DNA of 64,000 bases from Patescibacteria group bacterium (GTDB lineage Bacteria; Patescibacteriota; Patescibacteriia; JAXHNJ01): positions 66,579 to 130,578 of the forward strand of contig JAXHNJ010000001.1 in assembly GCA_034520665.1 (NCBI GenBank), written 5' to 3'. Positions 38,740 through 47,602 of the stretch are shown piece by piece. Both the position numbers and the translations under genes were made by a program. Position 1 is the stretch's first letter. Every line of letters begins with the position of its first letter. Under the pieces are notes generated by a model. It had not been told where the DNA came from and searched no databases. It worked only from the letters and a program-made list of their open reading frames with translations.

Positions 38740-39327
38740 ATGAAAGAGAAAACGAATAAGCTATTATTTTACCTGGCTATATTCTCATTAATATTTTTAT
38801 TTTTTATTGAAATTTTTTCTAGTTATGATACACCTGTCAGGCAAGCAGCCCTGGCTTTAACTGGCTTGTCAGCTATAATAGTTTTATTAATTGTTTTTCA
38901 AAAAACAAAATCAAAGTTGCAAATATCTCTGCCTTTTTATATTGCCTGGACGACAGCTTTAGCGGTTTGGTTTGATGCCCTGGGTAACTTTGCCGGACTT
39001 TATGAAAAAATACTTTGGTGGGATAAACTGGCGCATGTAGTTGGCTCAGGAGCTTTAACCTTGGCTTTCTTTTTTATTTTTTATGAGCTTAATAAAAAAG
39101 GTAAAATAAAACTAGGAAAATTTAATTTATCGCTTTACTCTATATCGTTAGCTGTTTTTCTTTCATCAATTTATGAAGTCAGTGAATTTTTGGGTGATCA
39201 ATGGTTTGCCACCAGGCGAGTGACTGACTTATATGACACAGCTGATGATATGATGTGGAATATAATAGCGGGCATAGTAATAGTTATTATTTTCTGGCTA
39301 TTATTAAGTTTTAAAAGAAGAAAATAA
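38740..39327 (+). CDS. Membrane protein (YjdF/DUF2238-like)
   Basis: WWDKLAH, YEVSEF, DTADDM. Confidence 0.75.
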   Translation: MKEKTNKLLFYLAIFSLIFLFFIEIFSSYDTPVRQAALALTGLSAIIVLLIVFQKTKSKLQISLPFYIAWTTALAVWFDALGNFAGLYEKILWWDKLAHVVGSGALTLAFFFIFYELNKKGKIKLGKFNLSLYSISLAVFLSSIYEVSEFLGDQWFATRRVTDLYDTADDMMWNIIAGIVIVIIFWLLLSFKRRK

Positions 39328-39360
39328 TTAATTCATAAAAACCTAAAAAGCCTATATTAC

Positions 39361-39453
39361 TGATAACATCGGGCTTAAGGGAAGTTTTTTCTCGCAGAGA
39401 AAAAACTTGGGAGAGCGAAGTGCAACGAGCGAACCCTTTAAGCCCTGTTAATT
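39361..39453 (+). repeat. Long imperfect palindrome, attC-like
   Basis: TAAC..gggcttaaggg / ccctttaagccc..GTTA outer stem; aagttttttctc/gagaaaaaactt inner stem. Confidence 0.6.
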
Positions 39454-40049
39454 GTCCCGAGCGTAGCGAGAGTGCAACGTGGTCGAACGAAGTGAGAAGT
39501 AATCAGAAGCCCCGTTCTATTCACAAGTTATTTAAAATAGAAAGGATCCTATTTAATTATGATTACAAAAATAGGAATAACACTCGCAGGGTTATGGATA
39601 TGCTTAGGGATTATTTTTCCTTACATAATCTTTCCTAATTACTTGATAAAGCCAAAAATAAAATCAAGTAATGGAATAAGAAAAGTTGCTAAAAAGCTAA
39701 AATCAAAGAATAAAGAAAAAACAATTAGAAATGTTTATGATTTTTTGATAAAACAATATGAAGGACATAGAAAAATCATAAGTATAAATTCTTTGAAGCA
39801 ACTTTTCAAATATAATGTTGATGAATTGTTAAAAAATAAACAATTTTTGTGGTGTCATTCACAAAATTTAATTCTGAAAACTTTATTAATAAACACAGGA
39901 CACTTTAAAGAAAATGATATCAGAATTAAATGGACAATCACAAAAAGATTAACAATTCATCAGTATATTGAAATTAGGAAAAATAATTCTTTGTATAAAT
40001 TAGATCCTTTCTATGAGCAATTTAGGGGCTTCTGATTATTGCAATTAAC
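39447..40049 (+). mobile_element. Putative gene cassette bounded by complementary ends
   Basis: GTTAATTG...AGTAATCAGAAGCCCC (39447-39513, interrupted) versus GGGGCTTCTGATTATTGCAATTAAC (40025-40049). Confidence 0.55.
39559..40035 (+). CDS. Membrane-anchored protein with transglutaminase-like C-H-D motifs
   Basis: N-terminal TM; LWCHSQN..IHQYIEI..LDPF; very AT-rich. Confidence 0.7.
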   Translation: MITKIGITLAGLWICLGIIFPYIIFPNYLIKPKIKSSNGIRKVAKKLKSKNKEKTIRNVYDFLIKQYEGHRKIISINSLKQLFKYNVDELLKNKQFLWCHSQNLILKTLLINTGHFKENDIRIKWTITKRLTIHQYIEIRKNNSLYKLDPFYEQFRGF

Positions 40050-40068
40050 GGGTTTTTTTCCTATTTTT

Positions 40069-40097
40069 TTGACGAAAGGGCTAAAATTAGTTATAAT
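40069..40097 (+). promoter_or_regulatory. Sigma70 promoter of asnS
   Basis: TTGACG-17 bp-TATAAT. Confidence 0.65.
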
Positions 40098-40140
40098 AAG
40101 GTTATAGATATTATTGATAAAAAGGTAAAAACAACATAAT

Positions 40141-41427
40141 ATGGCTTATGTTTCCGAAATTAGTCAATTTATAGACAAGAAAGTGCTTTTAAAGGGATGG
40201 ATATTTAATATCCGCTCCTCTGGAAGCATCTTTTTTTTACAGTTTCGGGACGGTACTGGTGTTATTCAGGCTATAGTGGCCAAAAATGATGTTTCTGATA
40301 AAGTTTTTGAAAGCTGCCAAAAATTAACTATTGAAAGCTCAGTAGAAATAAAGGGTAAGGTGGTTAAACAGCCTAAAGCCCCGACAGGATATGAACTGCA
40401 GGTCAGTGATTTAAAAGTAATTCAAGTGGCCCCGCGTTATCCGATTGGCAAAAAGTCCCACGGTACCGAATTTTTGATGAATCACCGGCATCTTTGGCTG
40501 CGTTCCAGTCGTCAGCGGGCTATTTTAAGGCTACGCGACGCGATTATCTGGGCCGCTCGTAAATTTTTTAAAGAAGAAGGTTTTATCCTCACTGATTCTC
40601 CTATTTTAACTCCGACGGCTTGTGAAGGCACCACTACGCTTTTTGAAACTGATTATTTTGACCAACCGGCTTATCTTTCGCAGTCCGGTCAGCTCTATAT
40701 TGAAGCCACAGCCGCTGCTTTGGGTCGGGTTTATGATTTTGGACCAACTTTCCGGGCGGAAAAATCAAAAACTAGAAAACACTTGATGGAATTTTGGATG
40801 TTGGACGCCGAAGCGGCTTTTGTTGAACATAAAGAAAATTTAGAAATTCAGGAAAATATGGTGGCCTATATCGTAAAATATGTTTTGGAAAATAATAAAA
40901 AAGATTTAAAAAACCTAAAGCGTGACACCAAAAAACTGGAAAAAATTAAAGCTCCTTTTATCCGTAAAAAATATGAAGAGATAATCAACGAATTAAATAA
41001 AAAAAGCTTTAAAATTAAATTTGGTGATGACTTTGGGGCCGAAGAAGAAACGGCTATTTCTGAAGATGTTGATAAACCAGTCTTTGTCACTCACTGGCCT
41101 AAAGAAACCAAACCTTTTTATATGAAGCAAGATCCGAAAAATAAAAAGCTGGTTTTAAATTCAGATCTGATTGCTCCTGAAAGCTATGGTGAAATAATCG
41201 GCGGCTCACAAAGAGAGGATGACTATGAGATTTTAAAAGCCAATATGGAAAAAGCCGGTATTCCCATCAAAGACTATCAGTGGTACCTTGATTTGAGAAA
41301 ATATGGCACTTTTCCACATTCCGGTTTTGGCATTGGTATTGAAAGGACTGTGGCTTGGATCTGCGGACTAGATCATATTCGCGAAACTATTCCCTTCCCA
41401 AGAATGCTTAATCGATTAAGACCATAA
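40141..41427 (+). CDS. asnS: Asparagine--tRNA ligase
   Basis: LSQSGQLY, FRAEKSKTRKHL, EIIGGSQRE, PHSGFGIGIER. Confidence 0.95.
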   Translation: MAYVSEISQFIDKKVLLKGWIFNIRSSGSIFFLQFRDGTGVIQAIVAKNDVSDKVFESCQKLTIESSVEIKGKVVKQPKAPTGYELQVSDLKVIQVAPRYPIGKKSHGTEFLMNHRHLWLRSSRQRAILRLRDAIIWAARKFFKEEGFILTDSPILTPTACEGTTTLFETDYFDQPAYLSQSGQLYIEATAAALGRVYDFGPTFRAEKSKTRKHLMEFWMLDAEAAFVEHKENLEIQENMVAYIVKYVLENNKKDLKNLKRDTKKLEKIKAPFIRKKYEEIINELNKKSFKIKFGDDFGAEEETAISEDVDKPVFVTHWPKETKPFYMKQDPKNKKLVLNSDLIAPESYGEIIGGSQREDDYEILKANMEKAGIPIKDYQWYLDLRKYGTFPHSGFGIGIERTVAWICGLDHIRETIPFPRMLNRLRP

Positions 41428-41431
41428 ATAT

Positions 41432-41533
41432 ATGGAACAAGAACAAGGTTCAAACAAATTAATAATTCTTATGCTTGTTTTGGCGGTTTTGGTTATTAGT
41501 TATGCTGTGTTTTACTATGTTTGGTTAGTTTAA
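41432..41533 (+). CDS. Putative 33-aa single-TM small protein
   Basis: MEQEQGSNKLIILMLVLAVLVISYAVFYYVWLV directly after asnS. Confidence 0.5.
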   Translation: MEQEQGSNKLIILMLVLAVLVISYAVFYYVWLV

Positions 41534-41572
41534 TTGTAAAAATAATCAACTATTCAACCAGTTAACTTAATC

Positions 41573-41607
41573 AACTAATTAACTTATTCCATGAACAAAA
41601 AAGGCTT
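41573..41607 (+). repeat. 35-bp direct repeat, copy 1
   Basis: aactaattaacttattccatgaacaaaaaaggctt. Confidence 0.9.
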
Positions 41608-42892
41608 AACTCAAATATTATCTCTTGGTTTAATTTTAGCTCTTATTATTATTGGCTTTTCTTCAGCTTATGTTTATTTGAAACCAAAAAAAGAAACAAA
41701 TAGTAATACTACTAGCAGTAAAATAAATTTGAATTCCTCTCAAGCAAATATAAATACAAATTCAAGTTCTATGATACCAGTTGATAGCCTAAGTCAGGCC
41801 CACACTATTTTTGGTTTAAATATTTTAGATAAATTATATCAATCAGCAAAAAAGGATAATATCTTTATTTCTCCGACTAGTATTGCTTTAGCTCTTTCCA
41901 TGGTTTATCAGGGTAGCGACAGTCAGACCAAAGCCGAAATAGCCGAGACTTTGGCCATTTCCGATATTTCTATGGAGGATTTAAATAAACAAACTAAAAA
42001 TTTGATTACTCAATATAAAGATATTGATCCGGATGTTGAAGTGGCTATAGCTAATTCCATTTGGACTAGGTCTGGTTTTAAACCAAAACAGGATTTTATA
42101 AATACTTTACAAACTTGGTATGAAGCTACTGCTAAAGCTTTGGATTTTAACCAAAAAGAATCTGTTGACGAAATAAATAACTGGGTTAAAGAAAATACTA
42201 AAGATAAAATTGAGAGTATAGTAAACGACCCCATTTCTTCTGACGTGATTATGTATCTGATTAACGCCACTTATTTTAAAGGTATCTGGACCAAGGAGTT
42301 TAAACCTGAAAACACCCAAGAACGCCCTTTTTATAACGGTGATAACACTGAAGAACAACATGATTTCATGTACCAGCGTGAAGATTATGCCTATTTAGAG
42401 AACAATGATTTCCAAGCGGTAAAGTTACCTTACGGTGAAAATGAACGGCTTAGTATGTATGTCTTTTTACCAAAGGATGATCTTGAGTCATTTATGGCAG
42501 AATTAAATTCTGAAAATTGGCATGATTGGCTAAAAGATTTTTCCACTAAAGAAGGATATTTGTATCTGCCAAAAATAAAGCTTGAATATGAAAAAAGTCT
42601 TAATTCATATTTAAAAGACTTGGGTATGAAGCAGGCTTTTACTGCTAGCGCTGATTTTAATAAAATAGCGGCGGATGTATATATTAGTGATGTTTTGCAT
42701 AAGACTTTTGTTGAGGTTAATGAAGAGGGCACTGAAGCAGCGGCTGTTACTAGTGTTAAAATCATTACAACCGCTGAAGAACCCCAGGAATCTTTTAATA
42801 TGTTAGTTAATAAACCCTACTTCTTTGCCATTAGAGATAATGAAATAGGTGAGAATCTTTTTATGGGTATTATTAATAATCCGGAATATTAA
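41591..42892 (+). CDS. Membrane-anchored serpin
   Basis: NIFISPTSI, INNWV..TKDKI, LINATYFKGIW, hinge EEGTEAAAVTS, NKPYFFAI..LFMG. Confidence 0.96.
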   Translation: MNKKGLTQILSLGLILALIIIGFSSAYVYLKPKKETNSNTTSSKINLNSSQANINTNSSSMIPVDSLSQAHTIFGLNILDKLYQSAKKDNIFISPTSIALALSMVYQGSDSQTKAEIAETLAISDISMEDLNKQTKNLITQYKDIDPDVEVAIANSIWTRSGFKPKQDFINTLQTWYEATAKALDFNQKESVDEINNWVKENTKDKIESIVNDPISSDVIMYLINATYFKGIWTKEFKPENTQERPFYNGDNTEEQHDFMYQREDYAYLENNDFQAVKLPYGENERLSMYVFLPKDDLESFMAELNSENWHDWLKDFSTKEGYLYLPKIKLEYEKSLNSYLKDLGMKQAFTASADFNKIAADVYISDVLHKTFVEVNEEGTEAAAVTSVKIITTAEEPQESFNMLVNKPYFFAIRDNEIGENLFMGIINNPEY

Positions 42893-42995
42893 GGTAGGGT
42901 TATTTGAGACTTGAGAGTCATAATTTAATAGTTAACTTATCAAGTAATCACTAATCATCAATTAACTAAGTAACAAATCAACCAATCAACTAAGT

Positions 42996-43030
42996 AACTA
43001 ATTAACTTATTTCATGAACCAAAAAGGCTT
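42996..43030 (+). repeat. 35-bp direct repeat, copy 2 (2 mismatches)
   Basis: aactaattaacttatttcatgaaccaaaaaggctt. Confidence 0.85.
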
Positions 43031-43859
43031 AACAACAATATTAATCCTCGGACTGATCGTCGCTGTTTTAATCGCCGGACTTAGCTTTGGCTATGTCAAG
43101 TATATAAAGAATGGAAATGATAATACCAATATAGTTAGTAATAAAAACACTAATTTGAATACTAATGTGGCTATAAATTCAAACGAGAATGAAAACATAA
43201 ATTCAGTTACCGATAAAAATGAGAATCTTAACACTAATAAAGCTGTAAATCTTAATGAAAATGAGAATACTAATCTTAATGCTAACACAGCCGTAAATCT
43301 AAACAAGAATGAAAATACCAATACCGTGGTGGTTGTGAATAAAAATTTGAATACAAATTCTTCAGCAGAAGATAACGATAACTGGGTTAGTTATGTAAAT
43401 GAAAAATTAAATATTCAATTAGAATATCCGAAAGAAATAAGTAATATTATTAGAGATAACCAAACAAATAAATATAGTGATCAAATTGTTACCACCATTC
43501 AAACTAGTGATTATCAAACAAATGAAACGCCCCTTAACTTAGAGATAATTAAAGGTATTCAATTTAATATTACCCAAGGAACGCCGAGTTGGAACTCAGC
43601 AGTGGGTGGGGTTAATTTTGAGGGCTTAAAAAATTGGTTAGATTTAGGAAGAGGAGGCACGGCACCATCAGTTGAAGAAGAAATTACAGTCTGTGATGAG
43701 AACGCTATTTATCATCTTGGTAATTATAGTTCTGGAGGTAAATTTGAACATGCATATTTTCTACACCATAGTAAATTATACAACCTAAGTGTTTCTTTAG
43801 CTGATAACAAAGTCTTAATATTAAAAAACATTTTATCTACTCTTGAATTTACTAAGTAG
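43014..43859 (+). CDS. Surface protein with prepilin-like leader, Asn-rich stalk and PsbP-like C-terminal domain
   Basis: MNQKG-LTTILILGL; NxN repeats; WVSYVNEKLNIQLEYP..ILSTLEF. Confidence 0.75.
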   Translation: MNQKGLTTILILGLIVAVLIAGLSFGYVKYIKNGNDNTNIVSNKNTNLNTNVAINSNENENINSVTDKNENLNTNKAVNLNENENTNLNANTAVNLNKNENTNTVVVVNKNLNTNSSAEDNDNWVSYVNEKLNIQLEYPKEISNIIRDNQTNKYSDQIVTTIQTSDYQTNETPLNLEIIKGIQFNITQGTPSWNSAVGGVNFEGLKNWLDLGRGGTAPSVEEEITVCDENAIYHLGNYSSGGKFEHAYFLHHSKLYNLSVSLADNKVLILKNILSTLEFTK

Positions 43860-43914
43860 GATTATTCGAAACTCGTGATTCGCAATCCGGATTAATAAAC
43901 TAAACAACTTAATT

Positions 43915-43949
43915 AACTAATTAACTTATTCCATGAACAAAAAAGGCTT
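43915..43949 (+). repeat. 35-bp direct repeat, copy 3 (identical to copy 1; stub MNKKGFKSIN*)
   Basis: Exact match to 41573-41607. Confidence 0.9.
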
Positions 43950-43993
43950 TAAATCAATTAACTGATTAATTAATCAACCAATTAACTAACATC

Positions 43994-45385
43994 ATGCAAC
44001 GAATTTTTACGAACGAAACATTAGACCAAATTGATAAAAAAGTTAAACTAGCTGGCTTTGTCAATAATGTCCGCAAAATGGGCTCGATTGTTTTTATTGA
44101 CTTGCGCGACAAAGAGGGGATTATCCAGGTCGTTTTAGACAAAGGCTTTAAAGAAGCTAAAGATTTAAAACCGGAATATGTGATTGAATTAGAGGGTAAA
44201 GTAGCTAAAAGAAGCGAAAAAAATATTAATCCGGAAATACCGACCGGTGAGGTGGAAATTCAGGCTACCAGCTTAAAAATCTTATCAGAAAGCAAAACTC
44301 CGCCTTTTGAGATTGAAAATGAAGAGCGGCAGGCTAACGAAGAATTAAGGCTAAAATACCGTTATTTGGATCTGCGTCATGAGCGTATGAAAAATAATAT
44401 TATTTTACGGGATAAAGTGATTTGGTTTATTCGCCAGTGGCTGCATAATAAAAATTTTTATGAAATTGAAACCCCTCTTTTAACCAAAGGGACCCCTGAA
44501 GGAGCTCGAGAATACATTGTGCCTTCCAGGAATTTTCCGGGCCAGTTTTATGTTTTACCGCAATCACCGCAGCAGTTTAAACAACTTTTAATGATCAGCG
44601 GTTTTGAAAGGTATTTTCAAGTAGCCCGGTGTTTTCGCGATGAAGACGCTCGAGGCGACCGCCAGGCTGAGTTCACCCAGCTGGATTTGGAGATGGCTTT
44701 TACTAGCGACAAAAAGATAATGGAGCTGACGGAAAACTTAATGACTGAATTGGTCAAGAGTGTTTGCCCGAAAAAGAAAATCGCTAAAAAGCCTTTCCCC
44801 ATACTTACTTATGAAGAAGCTATGAAAAAACACCAAAGTGATAAGCCTGATTTGCGGGAGAATAAAAAAGACAAAGATAACTTGGCTTTTTGCTGGGTAG
44901 TCAATCCGCCGCTTTTTGAGCGCGCAGAAAAAGAAAAAAAATTAGTTTCCACTCATCACCCTTTTACGGCACCGGTAGAAAAAGATTTAAAAAATTTAGA
45001 TAAAAATCCGGAAAAAGTAAAGGCCCTCTCTTACGACCTGGTTTTAAACGGCTATGAAATCGGTACCGGCAGTATCAGAATTCACCAAAAAGATTTGCAG
45101 CAAAAAATATTTGAAATTTTAGGGCTTAGTCAAAAAGAAATAAAAAAACGCTTTGGCCATATTTTGGAAGCCTTTGAATATGGGGTGCCACCTCATGGAG
45201 GTATGGCTCCGGGTCTAGACCGCCTGGTCATGCTTTTGGCGGGTGAGCCGAATATCCGCGAAGTAATGGCTTTCCCCAAAACTTCAGATGCCCGTGATCT
45301 GATGATGGGAGCTCCTTCTAAATTGCCGGAGTCGGAAGTTAAAGAAAAGCATATTTCTATTGATAAAAAACATGAGAATATCTAA
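43994..45385 (+). CDS. aspS: Aspartate--tRNA ligase, short bacterial form
   Basis: LPQSPQQFKQLLM, CFRDED..DRQAEFTQLDLEM, PPHGGMAPGLDR. Confidence 0.96.
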   Translation: MQRIFTNETLDQIDKKVKLAGFVNNVRKMGSIVFIDLRDKEGIIQVVLDKGFKEAKDLKPEYVIELEGKVAKRSEKNINPEIPTGEVEIQATSLKILSESKTPPFEIENEERQANEELRLKYRYLDLRHERMKNNIILRDKVIWFIRQWLHNKNFYEIETPLLTKGTPEGAREYIVPSRNFPGQFYVLPQSPQQFKQLLMISGFERYFQVARCFRDEDARGDRQAEFTQLDLEMAFTSDKKIMELTENLMTELVKSVCPKKKIAKKPFPILTYEEAMKKHQSDKPDLRENKKDKDNLAFCWVVNPPLFERAEKEKKLVSTHHPFTAPVEKDLKNLDKNPEKVKALSYDLVLNGYEIGTGSIRIHQKDLQQKIFEILGLSQKEIKKRFGHILEAFEYGVPPHGGMAPGLDRLVMLLAGEPNIREVMAFPKTSDARDLMMGAPSKLPESEVKEKHISIDKKHENI

Positions 45386-45692
45386 TCTGCAAAAATATAT
45401 TTTAGTTAATTCCTATTTTTCAAAGTCGCAAAAAACAAACCGCTCTATATTTGAAGATTTTTATAAAAACAAAAGAAAAAAACCAAAAAAAAGAGATATT
45501 CAGAATATTATTACTAAATCAATAGAGAGACTTATACAAAAAGAGCTTTTAGTCGGTTATGGCCGGCGGACTCCACATATGTGGTTTATTGAAAAAGTGC
45601 GTTTAACATCTAAAGGGCGAAAACAGGTCAAGAAGCTTTTGGGTCAACAACAAAAATTACCTTTTAAAATTAAAAAAATGAGAAATGGATAA
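45372..45692 (+). CDS. Hypothetical basic protein, possible winged helix
   Basis: MRISNLQKYIL..ITKSIERLIQKELL..VRLTSKG. Confidence 0.7.
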   Translation: MRISNLQKYILVNSYFSKSQKTNRSIFEDFYKNKRKKPKKRDIQNIITKSIERLIQKELLVGYGRRTPHMWFIEKVRLTSKGRKQVKKLLGQQQKLPFKIKKMRNG

Positions 45693-46239
45693 TTATATAC
45701 AACCAGTTAAAAAAGAAAATAAGAATGACGAGGGTAATGAAGAAGAAAAAGAAGAGGAAGAAGAAAAAAAGCTGAAAAATCAATATTCTGCTTGGGGAAT
45801 TTTCTTTGGCATTCTTTTATTTATAGTTTTTGTAATTATATGGGAGTTGGGACTTCACGACTTGCCGCGTTTTTTTAACCCTTATTATGAAGTTTGTCAG
45901 AATTCTGGCTATCAGGTTGTACAAAAGTTTTGTGATATAAAGCAATATGAAATTATTCGTCTGCTTTTACATTTTTGTCTGTTGGTACCGCTTTTGATGG
46001 TTATTATTGTGGTTAATCATACTAATCAGGGTAAAAAAATGAAAAGTTATAACAGAATTTTACTGCTAGCTTACTTTTTTTCTATTTTATTTCTTTTAAC
46101 TCATGTTTTTGTGGAATTTGCCTATTATCTTTTCCGTTATTATCGTGAAATTGGTAATTATGTGGTTTTGAGTGTTATTGCTATTGCTTTTGTGTTTTTA
46201 ATAGTTTACTTACAAAAAAGATTTAATAAATCTAAATAA
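45685..46239 (+). CDS. Hypothetical membrane protein (4 TM)
   Basis: Hydrophobic segments, operon context. Confidence 0.75.
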   Translation: MDNYIQPVKKENKNDEGNEEEKEEEEEKKLKNQYSAWGIFFGILLFIVFVIIWELGLHDLPRFFNPYYEVCQNSGYQVVQKFCDIKQYEIIRLLLHFCLLVPLLMVIIVVNHTNQGKKMKSYNRILLLAYFFSILFLLTHVFVEFAYYLFRYYREIGNYVVLSVIAIAFVFLIVYLQKRFNKSK

Positions 46240-46261
46240 AAAAATTAATATAAATAAAATT

Positions 46262-46846
46262 ATGTCAATTCCAGTTAAAGTTAAAAACTATTTAAAAAAA
46301 ACCGGACTTAATTATAAACTTTTAGAACACAAAAAAGTTTTTACGGCTTATGATTTAGCCCAGACTACCCGCAATGAGCTAAAAAATATTGCTAAAACTT
46401 TATTTATAAAAGCCGATTCTGATTATTATCTGGTAGTTTTAGGAGCCAATCGTCGTCTAGATAAAACTAAATTAAAAAAAGTCTTAAAAGCCAAGAAAGT
46501 AAAAATGGCTTCGGAAAAACAGATGGCTAAGAAATTAAAAATTAAACCTGGCGCTATTACTCCATTTGGCGGTCTTTATGATATTACTCTTATTTTAGAC
46601 CGTCCCTTAAGCCAAATAAAAAAGGCTCTTTTTGGGGCTGGCAGTTTTACAGAGAGTCTGCTTATTAAAATGAAAGATTTTATAAAAAAAGAGGAGCCGG
46701 TTATCGGTACTATTGGCCAGTCAGCTAAATTAAAAGTTCAATACAAAAAGAAGCCAAAGAAAAAGAAGAAAAGAAAAAAGAAGAAGAAGAGATCTAAGAA
46801 AAAAAAGAAGACTTCAAAAAAGACGAAGAGAAAGAAGAAAAAATAA
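46262..46846 (+). CDS. YbaK/EbsC aminoacyl-tRNA deacylase family with poly-Lys tail
   Basis: IAKTLFI, PGAITPFG, FGAGS. Confidence 0.9.
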   Translation: MSIPVKVKNYLKKTGLNYKLLEHKKVFTAYDLAQTTRNELKNIAKTLFIKADSDYYLVVLGANRRLDKTKLKKVLKAKKVKMASEKQMAKKLKIKPGAITPFGGLYDITLILDRPLSQIKKALFGAGSFTESLLIKMKDFIKKEEPVIGTIGQSAKLKVQYKKKPKKKKKRKKKKKRSKKKKKTSKKTKRKKKK

Positions 46847-46894
46847 ATTAATTAAACTTTTCTCTTTTTCTAAAAAAAGTTATTATTTTTAATT

Positions 46895-47602
46895 ATGTAT
46901 AAAATAAAAATAGAAAAATTTGAAGGGCCTTTAGATTTATTACTGAAATTAATTCAGAAAGAAAAAATGGATATCACCCAGATTTCTCTATCTAAAGTAA
47001 CTGAACAATATATCCATTATATTGAAAATTCTGAAGATATTTCTCCGGAAGAGCTGGCGGATTTTTTAGTTATTGCGGCTAAACTTTTACTAATTAAATC
47101 AAAATCACTCTTACCTTACTTAGAAAGAGAAGAGGAAGAAACGGGTTTTGAATTGGAACGTCAGCTGAAAATGTATAAAATTTTTCTTGAAGCAGCTGAA
47201 AATCTCAAGGATATTATTAAAAAGAAGAATTTCAGTTATTTCCGTCAATCCAACAAACTCTTTGAAAAAGTTTTTATTCCGCCTGAAAACATTAATAAAA
47301 ATATACTTAAAGATTGTTTTAAAGGTATTATTCATAGCATTACCCCCATTGTCACTTATAAACAAAGAACAATTAAAAAAACAATTTCCTTAAAAGATAA
47401 AATTGATGATATAAAAAAAATAGTTTTAGAGAAAGAGTTTAGCAATTTTAAAGAAATTCTAGGATCAGCTAAGAATAAAATGGAAATAATAGTTTGTTTT
47501 CTGGCCTTGTTGGAACTGGTTAAAAGACGAAATATTATTTTAGATCAGAATAATATTTTTTCTGATATTTCTATAAAAAAAATTAATAATGAAAACGCAT
47601 GA
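46895..47602 (+). CDS. scpA: Segregation and condensation protein A
   Basis: FEGPLDLLLKLI, FLALLELVK. Confidence 0.96.
   Translation: MYKIKIEKFEGPLDLLLKLIQKEKMDITQISLSKVTEQYIHYIENSEDISPEELADFLVIAAKLLLIKSKSLLPYLEREEEETGFELERQLKMYKIFLEAAENLKDIIKKKNFSYFRQSNKLFEKVFIPPENINKNILKDCFKGIIHSITPIVTYKQRTIKKTISLKDKIDDIKKIVLEKEFSNFKEILGSAKNKMEIIVCFLALLELVKRRNIILDQNNIFSDISIKKINNENA

Noticed and set aside
39420-39638. 72-aa ORF
   Set aside because: Runs through the palindromic element and overlaps the better ORF at 39559.
41540-43993. CRISPR array
   Set aside because: 35-bp repeats are about 1 kb apart and include start codons; no spacers or cas genes.
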